Source: Eledone cirrhosa (taxonomy: Eukaryota). From it: 64,000 bases of DNA. The DNA lies in the NCBI GenBank assembly GCA_964016885.1, contig OZ024744.1:125674001-125738000 (forward strand), given 5' to 3'. The position numbers and the translations under genes are program-made. Positions within the stretch are counted from its first letter, which is position 1; each line of letters starts with the position of its first letter. Shown piece by piece: positions 51,501 to 64,000 of this stretch. The notes under the pieces are model-generated. The model saw nothing but the letters and a program-made list of their open reading frames with translations, searched no databases and had not been told where the DNA came from.

Positions 51501-51798
51501 TGTGATGAAGTCAGGGTCGATGCTTCTGACGTAGGATTCGAACAGATGTATCTTGTTGCATAAACTGCGAGCATTTAAGGACAACAATTTGTACCCTGCT
51601 CGCAGTCTATGATGGTGTGTAGAGGGTGGCAGGTTGTTCTGGTTTAGTTTCCCAGAGTTGTAGCAGTTTTTACATTGCCAGTTATTGTGGGTAGATCACA
51701 CTCAGACCAGCTGGTATCTCTCTTCCACGTTTCACCCGCCTTGACAAACCTCCAGATCTGCCCATCATCACGCAGACTGAAACTTTCATCTTGTGCTG
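48550..51798 (-). mobile_element. CR1/L2-group LINE, copy 2 (duplicated 3' UTR)
   Basis: Near-identical to 16020-19146 with an extra ~130-bp 3'-end repeat. Confidence 0.9.
48822..51587 (-). CDS. LINE ORF2 (APE + RT), 921 aa
   Basis: Same translation as 16170-18935 except LLEAVQ to LLETVQ. Confidence 0.93.
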   Translation of the reverse strand: MLSLNARSLCNKIHLFESYVRSIDPDFITVTETWAHSLLCDGVFTITGYNLFRKDRINRRGGGVMVYVRSNFSVIPCVDLNESQEEVFFCDIRMTMSTLLLGVVYRPPNYHQDTQLCDILRVAAKKTATYVFIAGDFNHPEIDWETFRWPQGANDFLELVLDSNWSQVVTSPTRGDNTLDLIFTTTPEVVISCTTEEPLGDSDHAMIIANLALEGSNKNQSHLQSACFDWKRADWNLYCTELQRPNWHEMYNSGDVNSILQSILDSIWIACAASVPRKRKNNHPKSAIWETSAVRLARKERRNAEREYKLHRSDANRKKRNKSSNHLKQVTKKAVLEFEQCIATNPDSKVFWKYVHSKQRPHSPVGPLRNPHTSQITDDPKECAELIAECYASIFTVENQNVPSPPSLTSNSITTMEFTPAMLRRHLKNKRNYASPGLDGVTYLLLKRGGDFLLRQLSFFFQYCLSNGATPEQWKTASVIPLFKKGNRMSPVNYRPVSLTSCMAKLMESCVRETLWNFWSSHSLIRPSQFGFIPNSSCCDQLIEFLEDITRITDSGSWVDVVYLDFAKAFNSVPHKRLMAKLSAMGVRDDLFDWLKSFILSRRKVVTVLGQHSSPYEMSSGVPQGSVLGPLLFVAYINDIDANLQNATVLKYADDIKLYLEIKRTDPEIYNSFLKSDLDTMQQWITDWQLKLAVDKCTTMHFGRKNPASTYSLHNTDIKKSSCERDLGITVGNDLRWTKHVSKIVKKAEGVLASLSKTFVSRSPAIYLKLYTAMVRPHLEFASSVWNPYLARNIDLLETVQRRATKRIPSIRHLPYSERLASLGMDSLKLRHLAVDLVNTHKVFNHLANCNPERLFDLHVSNTRGHAYKIRKQHSSHDFRRHFFTLRVAETWNKLPASIVSCRDTASFKTLMLPEIRQNYT

Positions 51799-51861
51799 TA
51801 TATATATATATATACACACGTGTGTGTGTATTTATGTATATATATATATATACACACACAC

Positions 51862-51903
<42 letters not shown>

Positions 51904-52018
51904 GTGTGTGTGTGTATATATATTTATATATATATACACACACGTGTGTGTATATATATATATATATATACACGTGTGTGTGTATTTATATATATATATA
52001 TATACACACACACGTGTG

Positions 52019-52049
<31 letters not shown>

Positions 52050-52434
52050 GTGTGTGTATATATATATATCTGTCTCTCTCCCTGTCTCTCACTCTCCCTC
52101 TATCCCCCCTCTCTCTCTCTGTCTCTCTCTCCCCCCCCTCTCTCTCTCTAGTAGTAGAGAGAGACAAAGAGAGAGAGATATAAACGTATAACCCTAACCA
52201 AACCCTAACCCAACCCTAACCCCAACCCTAACCCTAACCTAACCCTAACCCATCTCTCTCTCTCTCTCACCCCCTCTCTCTCTCTCTAGTAGTAGAGAGA
52301 GAGACAAAGAGAGAGAGAGATATAAACGTATAACCCTAACCCAACCCTAACCTCTCTCTCTCTTCTCTCTCTCTCTCTCCCCTCTCTCTCTCTATTCCCC
52401 CCTCTCTATTTCCCCCCCCCCTCTCTCTAGTAGT

Positions 52435-52465
<31 letters not shown>

Positions 52466-54103
52466 TATAAACGTATAACCCTAACCCAACCCTAACCCTA
52501 ACCCAACCCCAACCCTAACCCATCTCTCTCTCTCTCTCTCTCTCTCTCTTTGTTTTTAACATTGTTTTGTTTTTCTTTTCTTTTCTTATTCAGATGACAA
52601 ACGGCAGAGGATACAACAGAAGAAAAGAACAAAGATAATTATTATTATTATTACTATTATTATTTGTTTTATTATAATCAAAATATGCTGTTAGTTAGAT
52701 CTGCATTGCGTACATTTTATATAATTTATGCCAGTTCCTTTTCTGCATATCGAACATGGCCATTTCCCTGACGGAATAGAGTTTTGTCCTCTTTCGTGAC
52801 ACAAAGTACAGCCAGCGGCATCATTGCGGACAGACTTAATCCCGAATTGCACTGACACACTGCCTCGCAATACGGAACACCGCACGTCTTTGATCTTCTT
52901 CCCGTCGATCAGCCTCCTTGCCATGCTAAGTACACCTGACGTCTAGCTTCTCTCTTAGCGGCGGCTTTATATTCTTCTCTACTCCCACTAATTTTCCAAG
53001 CATTCCATGCTAGCCTTTAGTCTCCAATGGCCCGATCTACCGTGCTGTCCCACCACCATGTCACTCTCTGTCTGGTTGGAACTCTGATCCAGCCACAAGT
53101 TTAATCAGTAGCCTGCAATAAGTTGTCACATAAGAAAATCGAGTTCTCATGTATGTCATACGACTGTGAATCGTCTTCTTTTTCGTCATACACATATTGA
53201 AGGGCTTTCCTAAATTTCTATTTTAGTGAAATCTCTTTTAGCTTCCAGACCTTTCTTTTTTCCACATCTTCCTGTATGTCTCAATCATACCTGGAGCTGT
53301 CCAACATGACCATTGAAATCCCCTGCTAGCATAACGATGTCTCCGTCCTGTCATTGTGGCTGTTTGTAAAAATTGCTTGTAAATGAAGTCTTTCTTTTCT
53401 TTACCTAGCAGAAGCAATTAACACTAACCCAACTGTAACACTAACCCTAACACTAACTTATGCAGGCCTAGGTAAAGACAAGAAAGATAAAACAAGGAGT
53501 GATGCTTCTTGAATTTTGTGATGCAAGTGTTTTAACCATTTGCAAAACCAACTTCCACAAACCTGCCTCACTGCCGCCTAATAACCTACAAATCAGGCAA
53601 GCACAGAAGCCGGATTTCTCGGTAGTTAGGCAGCGAGACAGACAGATGGGGTGTGAAGTACCAGGGTGTGCCCCGGGGAGGAATGTTTCCCACAGCGTGG
53701 GTTGGTTGTTGGTGATGTCTCGGTTATCTTGAGACGGAGTGAGACGTGCAGGAATACTCTCACGGAATCGCCAAATGAGGTTTATTTTTCAACATAGTCC
53801 CTGGAATGAAACAATGTGGTTATTAAGAAGAATTGAAATTAATGTAAGATTTCACAGATCTATGATCAATCCTTCACAGTCAGCTTACAAAGTTTTCAGC
53901 CAAACCTTGTGTATTTCCAACATTTCAAACCCTATCTAGGACTACATTATCTAATGTACAGTACAGTAGTTAGTATTAGTGGCTATCAGACATAGTGTAT
54001 CTAAATGCAACATTTTTAACATTGTTTTTTTTTTCTTTTCTTTTCTTTTCTTATTCAGATGACAGACGGCAGAGGATACAATAGAAGAAAAGAACAATGA
54101 TAA

Positions 54104-54523
54104 TTATTATTATTATTATTGTTGTTATTCCTTGAATCTCAGTCATTGATGTTGGTTAACTGGAAAGTCCGTTGGAATGAATATCAAGCCACTACCTGCA
54201 GCCTCAGATATTCAGGACGTATCGGAGGGTTCTTGCTGTTCCAAGCAAGCATGCCTTTTGAAGCGTTCCAAAAAGCGTGAAGGGGCCGATTTTCTTTAAC
54301 CATCCCTGGAAACTTTTGGAGATGGACAAAAAACTGGAACACAATAGACCTGACCTGGTGGTTGTGGACAAAGAAAAAAGATCGTGTCTGATTGTGGATG
54401 TGGCCTGCCCGTTCAACACGAGAGTGCAAGAGAAGGAGAGGGAGAAAATTAACCGATACCAGGACCTAAAGTGGGAGGTGAAAAGGATTTGGAACTGCCA
54501 TGAAGTCAAAGTGATCCCGATTG

Positions 54524-54524
<1 letters not shown>
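54104..54524 (-). mobile_element. Dong/R4-type 5'-inverted insertion, copy 2
   Basis: Copy of 21440-21860. Confidence 0.85.
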
Positions 54525-54564
<40 letters not shown>

Positions 54565-55128
54565 TATTATTTGTTTTATTATAATCAAAATATGCTGTTA
54601 GTTAGATCTGCATTGTGTACATTTTATATAATTTATGCCAGTTCCTTTTCTACATATCGAACATGGCCATTTCCCTGACGGAATAGAGTTTTGTCCTCTT
54701 TTCTACTCATCAACACTCATTCGTGACACAAAGTACAGCCAGCGGCATCATTGCGGACAGACTTAATCCTGATTTGCACTGACACACTGCCTCGCAATAC
54801 GGAACACCGCACGTCTTTGATCTTCTTCCCGTCGATCAGCCTCCTTGCCATGCAAAGTACACCTGACGTCTAGCTTCTCTCTTAGCGGCGGCGGCTGTAT
54901 ATTCTTCTCTACTCCCACTAATTTTCCAAGCATTCCATGCTAGTCTTTAGTCTCCAATGGCCCGATCTACAGTTTCTGTCTCAACTCGTCTATGCTTGGT
55001 CGTTCCCGCACATTGACATTGCACATCCAACGGAGCATGCTTGCTTCATTTCTCTCCAGCCGTCGCATGTCCTCTGCAGTTGCTGCCCGTGTCTCACTAC
55101 CATGCAGCATCGCGCATCTAAACCTGGC

Positions 55129-55999
55129 CCTTACCCTAACCCCAACCTCTTTGGTTTTCGTTTTCTCGACGGCTAGCCGCATTTCGTGATCCGCCTTTCG
55201 ATTGCGCTTCCGTCGCGGCAAAAGAATTGCCTTTCCAGACCGCCGTCGCCCGACCGGACCCATGATAGAAGACGTTCGTTACCGTTGGAGCAACGCAAAT
55301 TACTCCTCGGTTGACGCCAAAAACGAACGCCTTCCCGCCTCGCGCCGCCTTCTCCTCGCCGACCCTCAGCCTCGACGATTAGCCACTTTCCGTCACAGCA
55401 GTAGATACGCGTCCGTCGTAATAGCCGTCATTTTAACGCAGGAGAAACGCCTAATTGCCCTGCACCGCGTTTGACGGCGATCTACGACGGCGACGATGCG
55501 CGCACTCTTCCTTGCTGCGACGAAGGTTTCGGCTTTTCGTCGTGGACCCGGTCAGGTCATGCCGCTGACCTCGCGTTACGGCGACGCGAGAAGACGTTCG
55601 TTACCGCTGGAGCAACGCAAATTACTCCTCGGTTGACGCCAAAAACGAACGCCTCGCGCCGCCGCTTCCTCCTCGGCCTCGACGATTAGCCGCTTTCCGT
55701 CACAGCAGTAGATACGCGTCCGTCGTAATAGCCGTCATTTTAACGCAGGAGAAACGCCTTGACGACGATATACGACGGGTCGACGACGCGCGCACTCTTT
55801 CTGCTGCGACGAAGGTTTTGGCTTTTCGTTGTGGACCCGGTCGGGTCATGCCTCTGACCTCGCGTTGCGTCGCCACCGCCGCGGCGGGCTTGGGTTTAGC
55901 CGTAGCTACCCTCGTTTTGCCAACGGCGACGCGAGAAGACGTTCGTTACCGCTGGAGCAACGCAAATTACTCCTCGGATGAGGCCAAAAACGAACGCTG
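55129..55999 (+). repeat. Orphan spacer/ETS-like copy 2
   Basis: Copy of 22465-23335. Confidence 0.85.
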
Positions 56000-56076
56000 A
56001 AGAGATATTGTCCATGGATATCGGGAATTTTACCCGCCCTAGATAGATAGATAGATAGGGATGTATGTATGTATGT

Positions 56077-56124
<48 letters not shown>

Positions 56125-56503
56125 GTATGTATCTTTCTCATTCTCTCTGTATGTATGTATGTATGTATATATATATAATTATATATTTATAGACATCCTG
56201 AAAGCTTTTTAAATGTCTGAGAGATTGGCTAAATATGTTTTGCAGGTATGACCAGTAAGAGAGAGGTAAGTTATTTCAAAACAATTCTTTGACCATTATT
56301 TTAAGGTACTATCTCAGTGTATTTTTAAATTGACCTCTTGATAGGATGAAATGACCTGTATAATTTTTTTCATATTTAGATGGAATAGAAGAAAAACAAG
56401 AAAAATGAAATGAATTCAAACAGAAAATATACACCAATGCCAATGGAGGTATGATTTCAGTTTAATCTTAACCTAATGACCACTTTACAGAGTGTACTGG
56501 ATA

Positions 56504-56572
<69 letters not shown>

Positions 56573-59500
56573 AGGAAGCTCCAACCGTTAAGGTTGTCTT
56601 TCCATTTATTAATATATTGTGTATTTACTCCACTAAACTGTTGAGTGCTTTATATCAGTTATAAAAAAATTTCAGCTTGTTGAATCCCAAAATAGTTGTT
56701 GAAACAGCCACAGCTCAGCCGTCGGGGTCCTGAATATTTATCATATATATATACGTATGAGTGTGTGTGTTTTGAGAATTAATAATTATATAAACAAGTT
56801 TGTAATGAACAATTTATTTCTTATCAAAACTGTATAAACATGATATTATTTACAGTAAGAATAACAATAATAATGATGGTTTCTAGTAAAGGTGGAAGGC
56901 CAGTAATTTGGGGGAGGGGAAAGTTGATTAAATCGAAGAGAGAAAGAAAGAAAAAACAGAACGGGAAGGAGAGGGGATGGCAAGAGGTCCGGTGTCGCAG
57001 GAGAGAGGGGAGGGTGGTTGAGCTTTGAGTCTAGGGCAAGAGGGCAGAAATGCTGCGCCCCACGGATAAGACGGCAAAAATATTCTCGCGGACGATGGCC
57101 AGAGATACCCAATGCAACAACCACCCAACCTCGCGGTGTTCCCTCCTCAGATGGGCTGCTGACTCTCCGATCTTTTGGAGGAGCTCGGCAGTACAAGGTC
57201 CAAGTACTCCTGGGGTCTCGACGTTGACTGGTGCAGAGAGGAAGTGGCCGGACAATCCTCGGTATTTGTTTATTTTACGTTCTTCTGCGAGGTGGGCTGC
57301 GATGCCGGGGTTTGTGACCGAAACGACTTGGAAACGAAGTTGTAGGCGGAGATTGTGTCGTAGCTGGTGGTGTCCCAGATGAGGGACCTACGTCCTTCGA
57401 ATGGGAAGAGAGTGATTCCGTCGGGGCGCTTGCCATCTCCGGGACCTGTTGGCCCCAGTTGTGATGGGAAGCCAGCTGCGTCCAGGCTTCTTCTCAATAT
57501 GTCGTTGACAACGACGTGTATCTATTCAATAATTATTTGAATATTGAAATTTTAGGTTTAACTACCTTTTAAACCAAATACATTAAGAAAGGCATGACCA
57601 ACACCACATCATTTTTATTTCTATTTTGAAAGTAGGTTTATAAGTATTAAATTTCAGTAGATTCTTATATCCTTCATGGTGGTCTGGTGGGAGATACGAG
57701 AGATGGTGGAGGTTCTGGTCTGGGGTTCAATCCTGCTCAGGAGATACTCTAAGGGGGTTCATACTAAACTTCTTCAGTGTTTCTTATCTCTAGAGACAAA
57801 TATATATACATAAGGTAATCTGGTAAAGTTGTTAGAACATCACATAGAATTCTTTGTAGTATTTTTTCCAGTTCTTCAATCTGAGTTCAACTTTACTTTT
57901 CTTCCATTCGGGGTTGATAATAACGTACCAGTCAAATACTAGGGGTTAATTCTTCCTCTATATCTCTTTCTCACTCTCTGTCTGTTTTATTAAGACCTGG
58001 AGAGGTGATGTACTCTACCAGGTTTTATAATGAGTGATGGGGTCATACCTGCCTGCTACACCTCTGTGTACTAAGTGTAGCATATTATATCCTTGTTCAG
58101 GGCCTTCCTGACATTACTGTGTACTAAGGGTAGCATTTTATATCCTTGTTCAGGGCCATCTTAACATTGCTGTGTACTAAGTGTAGCATATTATATCCTT
58201 GTTCGGGGCCTTCCTGACATTAGTGTGTACTGAGTGTAGATTTTAACATCCTTGTTCTGGGCCTTCCTAACATTACTGTGTACTGAGTGTAGATTTTAAC
58301 ATCTTTGTTCAGGGCCTTCCTAACATTGCTGTGTACTAGGTGTAGCATATTATATCCTTGTTCAGGGCCCTCCTGACATTACTGTGTACTAAGTGTAGAT
58401 TTTGATATCCTTGTTCAGGGCCATCCTAACATTACTGTGTACTAAGAGTAGCATTATATATCCTTGTTCAGGGCCTTCCTAACATTACTGTGTACTAAAT
58501 GTAGATTTGGATATCCTTGTTCAGAGCCTTCCTTACATTACTGTGTACTAAGTGTAGCATTTCATATACTTGTTCTGGGCCTTCCTAACGTTACTGTGGA
58601 AATAGTAGTTTATATCCAATATGTAATATAGATATGGATTCTACAGGACTAAAACTCATTAATATGAGGGGTATTAGTAGATTATATGCCATATTTAATA
58701 GAGAAATGGCTTCTACAAGACTAAAACTCATTAATATGAGGGGTATTACAGTTTATATGCCATATTTAATACAGAAATGGCTTCTAAAGGACTAGAACTC
58801 TTTAAATTGAATAAAATAGTAGTATATATCCTATGTTTAATACAGAAATGCCTTCTAAAGGACTCATTAATATGAGGGTATTAGTAGATTATATAACATA
58901 TTTAATACAGAAATGGCTTTTAAATTCAGGGACTCGTTAATTTGATGGAAATAGTAGTGTCTATGCAATATTTAATACAGAAATAGCTTCTACAGGACTA
59001 AAACTAATTAATATGAGGGGTATTAGTAGTATATGTGCCATATTTAATACAGAGATGGCTTCTAAATGGAGGTATCTCATTAATTCGATTGAAATGGTAG
59101 TGTATATGCAATATTTAATACAGAAATAGCTTCTACAAGAATAAAACTCATTAATATGAAGGTTATTATTACATTATATGCCATATTTAATACAGAAATC
59201 GGTTCTAAAGGACTAGAACTCTTTAATTCAAATCAAATAGTAGTATAAAGCAATATTTACTACAGAAATGGCTTCTACAAGACTAAAAATCCTTAATATG
59301 AGGGGTATTGTTAGATTATATACCATATTTAATACAGAAATGGCTTCTAAATGAAGAAATCTCTTTAATTCGATAGTAATAGTAATAATAATAATAGTAA
59401 TAGTAATAATACAGCCAATTTTCCACGCAATACTTTTAGTTAGCACCCCGAACGCATAATTGGGAATATAATCACTTATTTCCTAATGTTTGTTGAGTGA

Positions 59501-60027
59501 GTTGGGAAAAAAAACTTGGGAAATATATTTTCAGGGTCTCAAAATCTTAAAGAGAAAAAAAAGTCCTGTGGAAGGTAGCAAAACAATTAGGAAGAAAATG
59601 GTTTGAAGTTGGTTGGTGAGTATAAGATTACAGTATCTTGTTGATTTCTATAAAGTTTACTTTTAACTGAATTGGTAAAAATGGATAAATTAGAAGACAC
59701 AATATAATAACTAATATTGTCTTCTAAAACAGGGAATAAAAATATGTTGGTGTATTGGGGGGGGGGGGTAAACATGTGAGTTAATGGGAATGTTTTTGTT
59801 TGTTTTTATTGAAACATATTCAATCTACAGATAGGTTGTTATAGTTATTTAGTCTCGGGTCTGCCATTATCTGCAGATTTATAATTGAGGGGTGTTCCAG
59901 GTGTGACCACCCTACATTATTCCTAGAGATTGTTACTCCTTCATTCTTCAGTCATCTTGGTCTTCTTATGAGATGGTGGTGTAGTCTTATTTATTGTTAA
60001 GGTTATGGTCTTCCTTTGTCCACACTC

Positions 60028-60069
<42 letters not shown>

Positions 60070-61100
60070 AAGGCTTCCTTCTCTGGAAAAAGATGATTTA
60101 ATATTCACAACCATCTGTCTAATTGTTTTCTGATGAGAATAAAGTTAATCTTGCTTGTATGTCTACCTGATCAAATGACTGGCTGATATCTTGAAGTCAT
60201 TTACACCACAGAACTGTAGGAGTCTTGATCCCTCAAGCCATACCTCTAGCCATCATGTACTCCAAAAGAGTCTCACCTTGGTGCTACTCAACATGTCCAT
60301 TAAATTTAGCAGCAAGGATGCCCTCTTCTTAGTGAGAGACAACTACAAGAGAGGTTCTTAGAGAAGAATAAGCCACTATAGTTAACTTTTGTTGACATAG
60401 AGAACCCCGATCTGTCATCTGGTGGTCCTTAAGGAAACTAGGTGTAGGGGAATGGCTTGTGAGGACAGTGCAAGCTATGTACAAGGGTGCTGTCAGTAAA
60501 GTGAGAGGAGGAATTCCAGAAACAAAGTAGGTGTACATCAGGGTTCGGTCCTCAGTCCGCTCTTGTTCATTATAGTCCTCCCTCCCTCCCTCCCTCCCTC
60601 CCTCCCTCCCTCCAAGCCATAACAGAGGAGGAGTAGTTTAAGACTGGATGCCCATGGGAACTTCTCTATGCTGACGATCTGGTTCTTATAGCAGAATCAG
60701 TAGAGGAGCTAGCTAGAGAATAAATTCTGGCTATGGAAACAGCAGTAGTTGGAATCAAGAAGACTGAGAGTGAACCTAGCTAAGACAAAAGTGTTTATAA
60801 GTAGAAGAGAGGACAAAACTCTGATTCTGTCAGGGAAATGGCCATGTTCGATATGTAGGAAAGGAGTTGGCATAAATTCTATGAAATGTAGTACGCAATG
60901 CAGATCTTGGCTACACAAGAGATGTAGTGGGATAGCAGGAAAACTGACTGACAGGTAGGGAGAAATACGTATGCAGTAGATGTACAGGGAAATTTGACAG
61001 AGATTGCAGTGATAGACACATTTTTCAAATGCAGGTGGGATCTATAGAGGGAGTTGATAGCTTCTGATACCTAGGTGATCAGATTAGTAAGGGAGGAGGG
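60070..61100 (+). mobile_element. Decayed RTE RT region, copy 2
   Basis: Copy of 27190-28210. Confidence 0.85.
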
Positions 61101-61631
61101 TGATATAAAATATATTGTTATCATGACTGTCTTTATTATTTAAATTACCTCTGTCTATTTACAGATTTTACAGAGTGTACTGGGTGCTTTTATGATGGGA
61201 GCAGCAACTCTATACGATTTTACAGAGTGTACTTGGTGCTTTTATCATGGCACATGGCAGCAGCAGCAGCAGCAACTACGATTTTACAGAGTGTACTTGG
61301 TGCTTTTTACTCTGACATCAGCACTGAGGAAGTTGTCATATTTTCAGCTAAATTAATGAGTAGAAAAACCAAGTTTCTGCTACAAAAAATTCTCAGATTC
61401 AAGGGAGACATTCAGTTTAAGTATGGTATACTGTCACTAAGGCAGCAAATTGGCAGAGTCGCTAGAATATCAGATAGCATTCTTTACATTATTTGTTTCA
61501 GCTCTCTGTTCTCTCAATTCAAATCCTGCTCAGGTCAACTTTGCCTTTCATCCATACAAAATAGATTAATAAAAGTACCAGTGTATTACTGGGGTCAATT
61601 CTTCTTCTAACTCTTCTGCACTTCCATTCTC

Positions 61632-61672
<41 letters not shown>

Positions 61673-62235
61673 GCTTCTTTAGAACACATCTGCTGTATTC
61701 AGACCTGGAGCGGAGATGGGCTCCACCAAGTTTTAAAAATTGCCCTTTAAGCGCTGTATGTCAATATGGTGCCCCTATGATTCCCTCCCTCAGGAGTTAT
61801 GGGACCATAGATACTGTCAATTGTAAAGAATAACAGAGATATTCAGTGCTAGTGTGGTGTTCTGTCAGTTGTGGAGATTGATGAATCTAAACAGAAATAT
61901 CAACAGCACTTTTCATTTCTGAGTAACACATTTGTTACCAAGTGCTGCATGGCTGGAATGAAAATCAGTGCTGTGAAAACCAAGACATTCATCCTCTCAA
62001 GGAAGCTTGTGCAGTGCACTCTACATGTAAATGGAGTCCCACTGAAGCAGGTAGAAAAGTTCATGTATCTCGAAGCTGTGTTCACGAGTGATGACAGAGA
62101 CGGCAAAGGCACAACACACAACAGAAGAAAAGAACAATGACAATTATTATTATTATTATTATTATTATTATTTGTTTTATTAGTTTTATTATAATAAAAA
62201 TTGTGCTGTTAGTTTGCTTGCTATACCATCATGTA

Positions 62236-62328
62236 CCCTAACCCTAAACCTAACCCCAACTCCAACTCTGACCCTAAACCTAACCCCAACCCCAACCCCA
62301 ACCCTAACCCTAACCCTAACCCTAACCC
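62236..62328 (+). repeat. Degenerate (CCCTAA)n tract, copy 2
   Basis: Same as 29345-29437. Confidence 0.9.
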
Positions 62329-63085
62329 ACGATAGAAGACGTTCGTTACCGCTGGAGCAACGCAAATTACTCCTCGGTTGACGCCAAAAACGAACGCCTT
62401 CTCGACGGCTAGCCGCATTTCGTGATCCGCCTTTCGATTGCGCTTCCGTCGCGGAAAAAGAATTGCCTTTATAGGCCGCCGCCGCCCGACCGGACCCACG
62501 ATAGAAGACGTTCGTTACCGCTGGAGCAACGCAAATTACTCCTCGGTTGACGCCAAAAACGAACGCCTTCTCGACGGCTAGCCGCATTTCGTGATCCGCC
62601 TTTCGATTGCGCTTCCGTCGCGGAAAAAGAATTGCCTTTATAGGCCGCCGCCGCCGCCCGACCGGACCCACGATAGAAGACGTTCGTTACCGCTGGAGCA
62701 ACGCAAATTACTCCTCGGTTGACGCCAAAAACGAACGCCTTCTCGACGGCTAGCCGCATTTCGTGATCCGCCTTTCGATTGCGCTTCCGTCGCGGAAAAA
62801 GAATTGCCTTTATAGGCCGCCGCCGCCGCCCGACCGGACCCACGATAGAAGACGTTCGTTACCGCTGGAGCAACGCAAATTACTCCTCGGTTGACGCCAA
62901 AAACGAACGCCTTCTCGACGGCTAGCCGCATTTCGTGATCCGCCTTTCGATTGCGCTTCCGTCGCGGAAAAAGAATTGCCTTTATAGGCCGCCGCCGCCG
63001 CCCGACCGGACCCACGATAGAAGACGTTCGTTACCGCTGGAGCAACGCAAATTACTCCTCGGTTGACGCCAAAAACGAACGCCTT
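62326..63085 (+). repeat. 169/172-bp spacer repeats (4 full + 1 partial)
   Basis: atagaagacg at 62332, 62501, 62673, 62845, 63017. Confidence 0.9.
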
Positions 63086-63433
63086 CCGGTTCGGGCGACG
63101 TAAAAGTCTGTAGCCTTTTCGACGATTATCCGCCTTCCGAACAACCGCCTTTCCGCCGTCACAGCAGTAGGTACTCGTCCGTCGTAATAGCCGTCATTTT
63201 AATGCAGGAGAAACGCCTAAATGCACTGCGATTGACGACGATCTACGACGCGCTTACTCTTCCTTGCTGCGACGAAGGTTTCGTTCGGCTTTTCGTCGTG
63301 GACCCGGTCAGGTCATGCCGCTGATCTCGCGTTGCGTCGTTACCGCTGGAGCAACGCAAATTACTCCTCGTTTAACGCCAACATCGAACGCGCTTCGGTT
63401 CTCGGTCGTCGTTGTTTTGTTTCGTGCGGAAGA

Positions 63434-63619
63434 TACCTGGGTGATCCTGCCAGTAGTCATATGCTTGTCTCAAAGCTTAAGCCATGCAAGTGGAAGTTCA
63501 TGCCGTAAACGAAAATGGTGAAACCGCGAATGGCTCAGGAACCGGATCTAATCCTCGGGACCGTATTCCTCACCGCGAGGAGAGGATAACTGTGGCAATT
63601 CTAGAGCTAATACATGCAA
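63434..63619 (+). pseudogene. 18S rRNA 5' fragment, copy 2
   Basis: Same as 30722-30907. Confidence 0.93.
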
Positions 63620-63621
63620 TT

Positions 63622-64000
63622 GAGATCGGAGAGGGAGCGATCCGTCTGCTTGATTCCGATAACGAACGAGACATTCGTATCCGAAAGAACGTTTGTCTGG
63701 AAACTGGTGCAGTCAGTGAGTCGAAAAAAAAATATCTCGGTGGTAGTAGCAAATATTCGAACGAGACATTCGTATGCGAAAGAACGTTTGTCTGGAAGTG
63801 GCGATCCATGCCCGGTGGATAGTTGGTTCCGGGTTTTACTATGATTGTTGCAAAACAGAAACTTAAAGGGATTGACAGAATTTGCGATTCCGGAGAGGGG
63901 GCGATCCGTCTGCTTGATTCCGATAACGAACGAGACATTCGTATCCGAAAGAACGTTTGTCTGGAAACTGGTGAGTCAGTGAGTCGAAAAAAAAAATATC
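63622..64000 (+). repeat. Scrambled rRNA satellite, start of array 2
   Basis: Same unit as at 30910; the first unit has one 54-bp subrepeat instead of two. Confidence 0.9.

Overview
Eukaryotic, repeat-dominated DNA with no recognisable host protein-coding gene. The Meta-type SINEs, RTE families and divergent 18S suggest an octopod cephalopod (inference). The window holds about two copies of a ~33-37 kb tandem macro-repeat (9441-~31300 recurs at 42295-64000; 1-4522 recurs from 37449). The most striking part of each unit is a hollowed-out rDNA-like cassette: (CCCTAA)n-like tract, 169/172-bp GC-rich spacer repeats, ETS-like DNA, then the first ~185 nt of 18S. Next comes a ~4.4-kb satellite of ~13 units (263 bp + n x 54 bp) built from out-of-order 18S and 28S motifs joined at microhomologies, followed by the 3' end of 28S and, ~1.4 kb later, a G-rich (TTAAGTTAAGTTGGGG)n tract. 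Each unit also carries a palindromic 1584-bp higher-order satellite (one array ends in a Helitron/Helentron-like terminus) and a 5'-truncated CR1-type LINE with an intact 921-aa ORF2 and a G GGA AAC slippery site at the ORF1/ORF2 overlap. It further contains a 5'-inverted Dong/R4-type insertion next to its empty paralogous site, plus many RTE/CRE fragments, MITEs, SINEs and mini/microsatellites. All family assignments come from motif recognition by eye; boundaries are approximate.
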